From Candidatus Syntropharchaeum caldarium (GTDB taxonomy: Archaea; Halobacteriota; Syntropharchaeia; Syntropharchaeales; Syntropharchaeaceae): a DNA stretch of 32,000 nucleotides. The position numbers were made by a program, and so were the translations under genes. Below, piece after piece: positions 25,371-32,000 of this stretch (the stretch's first letter is position 1; every line of letters begins with the position of its first letter). The stretch lies in the NCBI GenBank assembly GCA_001766815.1, contig LYOS01000001.1, positions 300,001 through 332,000 on the forward strand, given 5' to 3'. The notes beneath the pieces were generated by a model. That model had not been told where the DNA came from, searched no databases, and worked only from the letters and a program-made list of their open reading frames with translations.

Positions 25371-26701
25371 GCCCGATGCTCTTTCACGATCCGTGTAACA
25401 AGAACTGCTTCCCTGCTTGGGTCTTTCAATCCTGAAAGCACCTTTTTATATTTTTTATCAGTCAGCGCAGAGGGTAGTGGGGATGCTGCGATCGCAGTGA
25501 GATATAACTCCAGCATTCTGCGCTCTGCCACGGTGAGATTGTGTCGCTTCCCGATTCTGGTATCATCCATCTTAAGTACCGGATTCTCATCGTCATCAAG
25601 TTCCATGACCCGTGCTGCAAGCGCAGTGCCAGGGATGGGTGATGCTATGTTGACGAATACTTCCTCGAGCATCAGCTCACCGATCAGCTCTTTTGTGGCT
25701 TCATGGTCATCCTCAGTCTCGCCAGGATAGCCTGTGATAAACGCACCGATTACCATCCTGATGCCGCAATCACGCGCCATTTCGACAGCTTCGATGATAC
25801 GATCCACGTTTATCCCCTTATTCATCTCATTAAGGATGCGGTTGCTGCCTGACTCGATGCCAAAGGAGATGTAGCCTGCTGTATAGTCACGGATCGCCTC
25901 AAGTGCATGTTCTGAGACCATATCCACCCTGACATCAGCACACTTTACGTTCTTTGGGCCAAGGATACCACTCACTGTTTTGAGCAGTTCTGTGAAGGCG
26001 ATCTCGTTCAGACCCTTATCCCAGCCGTATTGTGTCACGGTCTCAAGTCCAAGCCCGATGCTCTCTATTCCGTGTTTTTTCAGGAGTTTGACCTCTTTCA
26101 CGATCTCTTCCAGTGGTCTCGATCTTATATCACTGCCAAAGAGTCGATGAGCGAGACAGAAGCTGCACCTCCCACCACATCCCCTGTGCGTCTCGATTGC
26201 GGTTGAAACACCGCGCATATCATGATGTTTAAGATCTGGTGGTATGAACGGCATCGAGCGCTTCTCGATCTCAAAAGGCTTTCTCGATCCGGTTACAACG
26301 ACCTCACCATCATGAACGAAGGCAATTCCCTCGATACCTTCAGGATCTTTCACTCCTGCTCTGACTGCATCCAGGAGTTCAGGTGTTGTCTCCTCTCCTT
26401 CTCCGATTACAACGAAATCGATCTCAGGCAGGTACTCAAAGATCAGTTCAGGTACAAGTGAGAGTGAACCTCCTGCTATAATCAGCGGTGGATTGATGCC
26501 ATGTTTTATCTTGAAGAGTTCTGCTTTCAGATCCAGAAGGTGCGTGGTTGCACCAAGACTTAAACCCAGCACATCTGTCTCAAGCGACCAGTCAAAGGCT
26601 TTTCTGATCTCAACTTTATAACCCTCATCATGCAGGGTCCCACCTATAACCATGGCACCGTACGCATAAAAATCTGGAGATATAAGTGTTATCTTCTTCA
26701 T
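25352..26701 (-). CDS. B12-binding-domain radical SAM protein (class B radical SAM, COG1032-like)
   Basis: An N-terminal Rossmann-like B12-binding domain ('KITLISPDFYAYGAMVIGGTL...IIAGGSL') is followed by the CX3CX2C motif 'GCGGRCSFC'. 449 aa. The 3' end overlaps the convergent chaperonin-like gene by 19 nt. Confidence 0.85.
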   Translation of the reverse strand: MKKITLISPDFYAYGAMVIGGTLHDEGYKVEIRKAFDWSLETDVLGLSLGATTHLLDLKAELFKIKHGINPPLIIAGGSLSLVPELIFEYLPEIDFVVIGEGEETTPELLDAVRAGVKDPEGIEGIAFVHDGEVVVTGSRKPFEIEKRSMPFIPPDLKHHDMRGVSTAIETHRGCGGRCSFCLAHRLFGSDIRSRPLEEIVKEVKLLKKHGIESIGLGLETVTQYGWDKGLNEIAFTELLKTVSGILGPKNVKCADVRVDMVSEHALEAIRDYTAGYISFGIESGSNRILNEMNKGINVDRIIEAVEMARDCGIRMVIGAFITGYPGETEDDHEATKELIGELMLEEVFVNIASPIPGTALAARVMELDDDENPVLKMDDTRIGKRHNLTVAERRMLELYLTAIAASPLPSALTDKKYKKVLSGLKDPSREAVLVTRIVKEHRAQSFFQ

Positions 26702-26707
26702 CTATTT

Positions 26708-27286
26708 TCACCCCTGCTCTGGAAGATCCCACCGACGGTAGAGGTTATGCTCGATTCCGAAGAGATCCAGCACCTTCCCAACGACAAAATCCACAAGATC
26801 ATCGATTGTCTTCGGTGCATGATAAAATGCAGGTGATGCTGGAAGGATTGTGCCCCCAGCCTCTACCACCTTCAGGAGATTTTCGAGGTGAATTCTGCCA
26901 AGCGGAGTTTCTCTTGGTATAAGAATCAGTTTTCGTTCCTCTTTGAGGGTTACGTCGGCAGCACGAACGATCAGATTCTCAGCGATCCCGTTTGCAACCA
27001 TTGCCACAGTTTTCATGCTGCACGGAGCGATGATCATACCTTCAACCTGAAAAGACCCGCTTGAAATCGGTGCGGTAAGATCACTGTTTGGGTAAACGCT
27101 GGTGGCATGTTCGAGAAGGTCATCGAGTGTGAGTCCAAGCTCAAGTTCGAGGATCTTTGCCCCCATATCTGAGATTACAAGATGCGTCTCAATCTCCCTG
27201 CCAAGTACCTCAAGCAGTCTTACACCGTATATTACGCCACTTGCACCTGTTATTCCAAGAATGAGCCTCAATTTACCCTCTATCAC
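26708..27286 (-). CDS. ubiX: flavin prenyltransferase UbiX/Pad1 family
   Basis: 'LILGITGASGVIYGVRLLEVL', 'MIIAPCSMKTVAMVANGIAENLIVRAADV' and 'LILIPRETPL' are UbiX hallmarks. The GTG at 27286 gives a GTGA overlap with the upstream regulator stop; the ATG at 27316 is the alternative start. Confidence 0.88.
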   Translation of the reverse strand: MIEGKLRLILGITGASGVIYGVRLLEVLGREIETHLVISDMGAKILELELGLTLDDLLEHATSVYPNSDLTAPISSGSFQVEGMIIAPCSMKTVAMVANGIAENLIVRAADVTLKEERKLILIPRETPLGRIHLENLLKVVEAGGTILPASPAFYHAPKTIDDLVDFVVGKVLDLFGIEHNLYRRWDLPEQG

Positions 27287-27657
27287 TTGATTAAATCCTT
27301 TAATTTGCGAATGCAATCCATATCCTCTTCAAACTCGCGCTTTTTCAGCGCCTCAATCTCATCCACGATTGAGCCAATATCTACCGCAAGCCGATACTCC
27401 TTTATGGGTCGACCTTTTCCGCCCTGTTTTATCTCTCGCTCCAGTACCCAGTTATGCTGATGCATCTCTCTCATCGTGATACTCACTTCAGGCTGCCTGA
27501 GGTCTGCTGCATACTCGATACTCCTCGAGGTTGCGCCATCGACCTTTGAGAGAAAGACGATCACATTTGCGACGTTTTTCTTGAACCCAAGTTTGATCAA
27601 AAGATCCACAATCTTTGTGTCATCGTCATCCAGCACATGAATTGACCGCTCCCTCAT
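27283..27657 (-). CDS. winged-helix transcriptional regulator (ArsR/TrmB-like small archaeal regulator)
   Basis: 124 aa. 'KIVDLLIKLGF...ATSRSIEYAADLRQPEVSITMREMHQHNWV...GRPIKEYRL' has an HTH + wing layout followed by a C-terminal coiled helix. An AT-rich TATA-like region lies at about 27695-27715. Confidence 0.65.
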   Translation of the reverse strand: MRERSIHVLDDDDTKIVDLLIKLGFKKNVANVIVFLSKVDGATSRSIEYAADLRQPEVSITMREMHQHNWVLEREIKQGGKGRPIKEYRLAVDIGSIVDEIEALKKREFEEDMDCIRKLKDLIK

Positions 27658-27742
27658 AGATATGCACCTTTTAATGATAGATATTAATACATCTTTTAAT
27701 ATTTAAACTATTCGAATTTACGGGTTGAGTGGCTATTTATGG

Positions 27743-28711
27743 TCATTGATCAGACTTTAATCGATCAAGCTCCTCAATTATCAGATCTCTGGCTTCATTA
27801 ATACCAGCGCCGGTTGTTGCTGATACTGCAAGTGCAGAGCCTTCAAACTCAACGCCAAGATCAGCCTTATTTGAGATCACGACAATCGGAAGATCAAAAT
27901 CGGACCTGATTTCTTCGAGTAATCGAATCTGTTCCTCGATCGAATAGCCACATGTCCCTGATGGGTCGATGATGAATATTATAAGATCTGTGAGGTTTTT
28001 GAGCGCCAGAATCGCCTGCATCTCGATCTTGTTTCGCTCATCGAGTGGACGGTCAAGGAGCCCTGGTGTATCGATTATCTGGTAAATCTCACCACCTTTT
28101 CGTATCTCTCCAACCGAGGTCTCCTTTGTTGTGAAGGGGTACGCTGCGATCTGTGGATTTGCGCTGCTTATCAACCTGACAAAGCTCGATTTACCAACAT
28201 TTGCAAAACCTGCAACAGCCGCAGTTGGACAATCACGAAAGGATGGCAATTTTCTGAAAAGTTCTCTTGTATCAGATAAAAGGTCGATATCCTCTGAAAT
28301 CTCCCGCATTATCGATCCAATCCGCCCAAAAGCCCGTTTTCTAACAATTACAGGGTCAGTTCGTCGCATTTCACGAAGCGATCTACGAGAAATTTCATTT
28401 ATTTTGTTTGCTGCCCAGTCAATCGATCCAAGCGCAATTTTAAGCCTTTCAACGCCTACCAGTAGATCAGTGAGTTCGATGAAGAATGGAGGTATGTTAT
28501 TGAGTGATGGGAAATTACGTATGATGTTTTTGAGATTATCACTGAGGATGTTTGAAGCTGTTAGAAGCATTGTGCGCTCACCAGCACGAGAACTTCGCTT
28601 ACCGCGTTTTGCCCGTTTCGCCCTCCGAAATGCCTTATCCACCAGCTCATCTGAGCTTAAAATTGTTGGTATCCTGCTGTATGGATTCTCAAATTTGATT
28701 TCGTGCTCCAT
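27743..28711 (-). CDS. NOG1/Obg-like GTP-binding protein
   Basis: G1 'GFANVGKSS', G2 'YPFTT', G3 'IDTPGLLDRP', G4 'NKADL', with a NOG1-type N-terminal helical domain. The ATG at 28711 ('MEHEIKF') is preferred because it avoids a 35-nt overlap with mfnB. Confidence 0.8.
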   Translation of the reverse strand: MEHEIKFENPYSRIPTILSSDELVDKAFRRAKRAKRGKRSSRAGERTMLLTASNILSDNLKNIIRNFPSLNNIPPFFIELTDLLVGVERLKIALGSIDWAANKINEISRRSLREMRRTDPVIVRKRAFGRIGSIMREISEDIDLLSDTRELFRKLPSFRDCPTAAVAGFANVGKSSFVRLISSANPQIAAYPFTTKETSVGEIRKGGEIYQIIDTPGLLDRPLDERNKIEMQAILALKNLTDLIIFIIDPSGTCGYSIEEQIRLLEEIRSDFDLPIVVISNKADLGVEFEGSALAVSATTGAGINEARDLIIEELDRLKSDQ

Positions 28712-28715
28712 AAGT

Positions 28716-29417
28716 TCAGGCTTCAAGGCGATCTTTGAGATCCTGCACAAGCTCCTTTCTGATCACGGATTTACGATCTCCGCCGCAGACAATTCCACGC
28801 ACGCCGAGTATATCAGGGTTGACTCGCAGCACTGCATCGATATCATCAAACCGAATCGCTCCAGCAAGTGCAACAAGAAGCCCCCGATCGTGTGCATCAC
28901 TCACAAACCCGCAGAGTTCATCCTCTGATAGAAACTCGAATGTGGTTCTCCCATCTTTTATTCCAGTATCAAGCATCACAACATCCACACCAACATCCGC
29001 CCCAATCGATGGGAGTTCAAAGGGCGAGAGAATCCCAAGCCGTTTATAGTCTGAATATGACGAAGCTACAACTTTCTTTTCAGGATCGAACGACTTTACA
29101 GATTTATTTACTGCTTCAAGGATTTCATGGGCCTCCTCAACAGTCTTTATCCCGTAAAGCCCAACTTTGATGAAGTGCGCACCAGCATACGCCGCCCCAA
29201 GCGCTGCAAGCGACGCTGTCCCTGGCTTAAATTCAAAATCACCGATCGTTGCAGAGAGTGGCACCCCATCGATTACACCCTTCACATCCCTGATCACCCA
29301 CGGAAAGTTTGCACCAAGCGACCCTTCCTTCGGGTTCTTAACATCAATAATATCCGCACCACCTGCTACTGCTGATTTTGCCTCCTCCACATTCATTGGA
29401 CTTACAAGCAACTTCAT
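28716..29417 (-). CDS. mfnB: (5-formylfuran-3-yl)methyl phosphate synthase (methanofuran biosynthesis; UPF0264/DUF556)
   Basis: 'MKLLVSPMNVEEAKSAVAGGADIIDVKNPKEGSLGANFPWVIRDVK' closely matches the remembered MfnB N-terminus. The track start at 29438 is a TTG; the ATG at 29417 is preferred. Confidence 0.8.
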   Translation of the reverse strand: MKLLVSPMNVEEAKSAVAGGADIIDVKNPKEGSLGANFPWVIRDVKGVIDGVPLSATIGDFEFKPGTASLAALGAAYAGAHFIKVGLYGIKTVEEAHEILEAVNKSVKSFDPEKKVVASSYSDYKRLGILSPFELPSIGADVGVDVVMLDTGIKDGRTTFEFLSEDELCGFVSDAHDRGLLVALAGAIRFDDIDAVLRVNPDILGVRGIVCGGDRKSVIRKELVQDLKDRLEA

Positions 29418-29531
29418 GAACTTCTCTTCAGAATCCAATCTATTAAGGTTTACGGTTTACTCAAGTTATTGAGCATGGTTTTTGAGTTTCCTTTTTAACT
29501 ACCTGTAACGTATGCAGTTCTGGAGTGACCT

Positions 29532-30356
29532 ATGAAGACAAGAATTATCACCCTGAGTGAAAATACACCTGCCAGGGATGGATTTATTGGAGAATATGGG
29601 TTATCCGTACTTATAGAGCGGGGTTCTGAGAAGATACTCTTTGATACTGGACAGGGTACCGCATGTGTCAGAAACGCAGATCTGATGGGTGTGAAACTCG
29701 ACGATATCGGAATAATAATCCTGAGTCATGGCCATTATGACCATACAGGTGGTTTGAAGTCAGTACTGCATCGTACAGGAAGAGTTGATGTCTATGCACA
29801 TCCCGATATCTTCTGTAAGAGGTATGCGATCAGAGGTGATCATAAGCGGTCCATTGGAATACCATTTGAGAGATCTGAACTCGAAGCACTTGGAGCACGT
29901 TTTATTCTTAGCCGCGATCCGGTGCATTTAAACGATATTATAATATCAGGTGAGATCAAACGCCAGACCGCATTTGAGTTACCCGATCCTGCACTTTTCA
30001 TCGAAGATCAGGGCACCCTGAAACCTGATCCGTTTGCTGATGACCAGGCGATTGCAATAAAGACCAGTGACGGGCTTATTATAATTCTTGGATGTGCACA
30101 CAGCGGGATGGTCAACACAATAGCACAGTTGATCGAACTCACCCGCGAAGATCGCATCCACACCATCATCGGCGGCACCCATCTCATGTTTGCAGAAAAA
30201 AGGCAGATTGAAGCGAGTATAAAGTATCTTAAAAGTATAGAGGTTGGAAAGATAGGTGTTTCGCACTGCACGGGTCATGAGGCATCGAATCGGCTCAAAG
30301 AGGCCTTTGGAGATCGATTCTTCATGAACAATGCAGGGTCCGTGATCGAGATCTAA
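29532..30356 (+). CDS. MBL-fold metallo-hydrolase family protein (COG1237-like)
   Basis: The 'ILSHGHYDHTGG' metal-binding motif, 274 aa, and later 'GCAHSG' and 'VSHCTGHEA' motifs are typical of the archaeal COG1237 group. Some members of that group are annotated in methanopterin biosynthesis. Confidence 0.7.
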   Translation: MKTRIITLSENTPARDGFIGEYGLSVLIERGSEKILFDTGQGTACVRNADLMGVKLDDIGIIILSHGHYDHTGGLKSVLHRTGRVDVYAHPDIFCKRYAIRGDHKRSIGIPFERSELEALGARFILSRDPVHLNDIIISGEIKRQTAFELPDPALFIEDQGTLKPDPFADDQAIAIKTSDGLIIILGCAHSGMVNTIAQLIELTREDRIHTIIGGTHLMFAEKRQIEASIKYLKSIEVGKIGVSHCTGHEASNRLKEAFGDRFFMNNAGSVIEI

Positions 30357-30360
30357 AAGA

Positions 30361-31272
30361 CTACATCACCTCACCTATCACCTCAAACTCCTCACCTATA
30401 TTTGCTATTAGACTGTTAAGACGCTCTTTTTGCACCATCAGAAGGATAGCGCTTGTTGATCCAGACGATGTATCCAGTTTAACCCTGATATTCTCCTTAA
30501 TCTCAATTCTGATACCATATAACTGCTCAAGATCCTCGATCTCTCGCTTGATCCCTCTGCTACCAACAGGCAGGATCTCATGGACATAATCTGATCCTGC
30601 AAGTTTCATCACGGTTTCAAGCGCTATGGGATCTTTCTCAAGGATATCGCGACCAACCACTGGCCTACCGACTGCAATAACGAGATCGCCTGGCGTGATC
30701 TTCCCGATCTTCAGCTCTTCTTCATCAGCGATCCCAACCACCGTGATTCCAAGTCCCGTTTCATTCGTCTCAAAGTTCTCCTCGGTATGCCCTTCAAGGA
30801 TCTCAACTGTCCTGATCTTGCGTGATTCTTCTCTGATTCCGCTGAATATCGAAAGACCACTGGGGGCAAGCTCAACAGTAAGGTTACAGACAAGGGCGAT
30901 TGGCGTTGCACCCACAGCAACCACCTTTATCAGCGCGGTTCGTGCCATGATTCGTCCAAGAACTCTCCCGTCGATCTGGAGTTTATCACCAGGTTTATTA
31001 CCTACACCTCCAGAGGATGTGTTTCCCAGTGTGATCACCTGCCGGTTTCTGAGTCGTAAGAGTAAGAGGTCCCTCCTTCTTGTTGCGGTGATCTCGCTCG
31101 GTTTGATCCTGAGTCCCCTTATCCCTGAGAAATTACCTACATTCTCAAGGAGTGTGAGGTAGATCGTTAACGCCTGGCGCACAACCTCGGATCTGGTTAT
31201 TCCGTTCTTCAGGGCGATCTCATCGATCTTCTCAAGCTTCTTTTCAGGAAGTCGTATATTAATCGGCTCCAT
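30361..31272 (-). CDS. ribbon-helix-helix (CopG-like) N-terminal domain fused to an AIR-synthase-related (PurM-like) domain protein
   Basis: 'MEPINIRLPEKKLEKIDEIALKNGITRSEVVRQAL' is a classic RHH. The remainder ('GRIMARTALIKVVAVGATPIALVCNL', 'TEENFETNETGLGITVVG', 'ITPGDLVIAVG') resembles the PurM/ThiL/HypE superfamily. The ATG at 31272 is preferred over the 40-aa upstream extension. Confidence 0.5.
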   Translation of the reverse strand: MEPINIRLPEKKLEKIDEIALKNGITRSEVVRQALTIYLTLLENVGNFSGIRGLRIKPSEITATRRRDLLLLRLRNRQVITLGNTSSGGVGNKPGDKLQIDGRVLGRIMARTALIKVVAVGATPIALVCNLTVELAPSGLSIFSGIREESRKIRTVEILEGHTEENFETNETGLGITVVGIADEEELKIGKITPGDLVIAVGRPVVGRDILEKDPIALETVMKLAGSDYVHEILPVGSRGIKREIEDLEQLYGIRIEIKENIRVKLDTSSGSTSAILLMVQKERLNSLIANIGEEFEVIGEVM

Positions 31273-31348
31273 GAGCAAAATTAAATTGAAATGCTTATAT
31301 ATGTGTGGTATCAACTTCAGATGGTGGTGGATGTAATATCCGGGTAAA

Positions 31349-32000
31349 ATGTTTGGCAGACCCTCCAGAAAGAGTGAACTTGAAGCAACCATTCAGAATT
31401 TGAATGATCGGATCAAATCCCTTGAATCTGAACGAGACTCGTTGAGCAGACGGCTTGAGAAAGAAGAGAAACGGGCAAGGATGGCAGGATCTGATCTTAA
31501 AGAATGCGAAACACTGTTAAAAAAAGCAAGAGAGAAAATTACATATCTTGAAGGTGAACTTGAGCGACTTGAAGGGGCAAGCAAAAACGATAAAGCCTAC
31601 AGAGAGACATTCACGCTGACAGAGCAGGCATCGCTCGACCTTCTCTACAAAATCGGGTCGATTAAGTCTCGGAAAGAGGATCTTCTGACGATTTACCTCA
31701 AACCACAGGAGACGATAACCGATCTTGAGCATGCAGAAAGGATACCGCCTCTGGGAGATGAACTTGAGCATCTCGTAAATAAGCCTGAGTCAGATACAGG
31801 GATTGCCATATTTCGGGACACCGGCAGGATCTCTCTGAATACGTTCATCGCTATACCCGCGTTCCCGTTTGAAGCATCAAGCTGGATTATTTCTGATGCG
31901 TTCGATACCAGGCCGCTTGATGAATTGATCCAGAAAGAACGGTTCTTTTGTGTTCTGCTACCACATGCTGGGGAGACTTTCATAGGAATATTCAACCAGG
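31349..32000 (+). CDS. coiled-coil protein, 3' end outside window; possible eRF1/Pelota-like (Vms1-type) domain beginning near the end
   Basis: This ORF is not in the supplied track because it runs off the window. My own translation from the ATG at 31349 is open to position 32000: 'MFGRPSRKSELEATIQNLNDRIKSLESERDSLSRRLEKEEKRA...GELERLEG...FFCVLLPHAGETFIGIF'. It shows heptad-like coiled coil, and 'FCVLL..GE..IG' resembles the start of the eRF1 central domain. The three minus-strand track ORFs here are low-complexity shadows. Confidence 0.5.
   Translation, partial: MFGRPSRKSELEATIQNLNDRIKSLESERDSLSRRLEKEEKRARMAGSDLKECETLLKKAREKITYLEGELERLEGASKNDKAYRETFTLTEQASLDLLYKIGSIKSRKEDLLTIYLKPQETITDLEHAERIPPLGDELEHLVNKPESDTGIAIFRDTGRISLNTFIAIPAFPFEASSWIISDAFDTRPLDELIQKERFFCVLLPHAGETFIGIFNQ

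Noticed and set aside
1042-31162. Numerous antisense or alternative-frame track ORFs inside annotated genes (e.g. 1101-1718, 2506-3000, 7507-8094, 11068-11646, 17402-17938, 17712-18131, 23979-24569, 28131-28928, 30626-31162)
   Set aside because: Each lies wholly within a gene with strong family motifs on the other strand or frame. Their compositions are biased (Ser/Arg/Leu/His-rich) and they show no recognisable motifs, typical of shadow ORFs in mid-GC coding DNA.
30361-31392. Full-length 343-aa version of the RHH/PurM-like ORF
   Set aside because: The first 40 codons ('MVASSSLFLEGLPNILPGYYIHHHLKLIPHIYKHFNLILL') overlap the divergent promoter region and the start of the + strand ORF at 31349. 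The RHH domain starts cleanly at Met41 (31272).
31393-31995. Three minus-strand track ORFs (31393-31584, 31517-31771, 31693-31995)
   Set aside because: They are Ser/Arg/Leu-rich, mutually overlapping and antisense to a continuous + strand ORF from 31349 with clear coiled-coil periodicity. They are judged to be shadow ORFs.
1-32000. CRISPR arrays, tRNA/rRNA genes, transposases/integrases or phage genes flanking the mcr island
   Set aside because: No regularly spaced direct repeats, no cloverleaf-like or rRNA-like non-coding stretches (intergenic space is minimal) and no DDE, tyrosine or serine recombinase motifs were seen. The only footprint of rearrangement is the relic promoter and 5' end at 15248-15330.

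Overview
Densely coding archaeal window that looks Methanosarcinales-related: methanofuran gene mfnB, methyl-coenzyme M reductase (MCR) genes, dockerin-tagged solute-binding proteins, frequent GTGA/ATGA start-stop overlaps. All homology calls come from reading the supplied translations against remembered family motifs; no searches were run. There are three blocks. (1) 1-15.1 kb, + strand, uptake and chelation. It holds two Opp/Dpp/Nik-type ABC ATPases, a SAM methyltransferase and three paralogous FepB/BtuF-type binding proteins. Each binding protein carries an N-terminal signal peptide plus dockerin module, and the middle one is frameshifted. An ABC-2 exporter pair follows, then a ChlI-ChlD fusion, a CobN-type class I chelatase large subunit, and a FecCD permease with its FepC/BtuD ATPase. 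(2) 15.2-25.4 kb, the main point of interest: a tightly spaced nine-gene + strand operon. It opens with a very divergent methyl/alkyl-coenzyme M reductase in mcrB-mcrG-mcrA order, with no mcrC or mcrD. The alpha subunit is 733 aa, with roughly 175 extra N-terminal residues. By-eye alignment puts Met where the Ni-axial Gln normally sits, as reported for ethyl-CoM reductase, and shows a rewritten thioglycine loop and an altered FTQY active-site motif. Six more genes follow: a possible SCP2-like protein, a 4-Cys zinc-ribbon protein, an acidic protein, a component-A2-like double ABC ATPase with degenerate Walker B sites, an unknown protein, and a thermosome-like group II chaperonin homologue that appears to have lost key ATPase residues. 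The region upstream of mcrB is a decayed copy of the promoter and 5' end of the first dockerin binding-protein gene. (3) 25.4-32 kb. A minus-strand wHTH regulator-ubiX-B12/radical-SAM operon converges on and overlaps the end of the mcr operon. After it come a NOG1-like GTPase, mfnB, an MBL-fold protein, an RHH+PurM-like protein and a partial coiled-coil protein. No rRNA, tRNA, CRISPR array or transposase was recognised.
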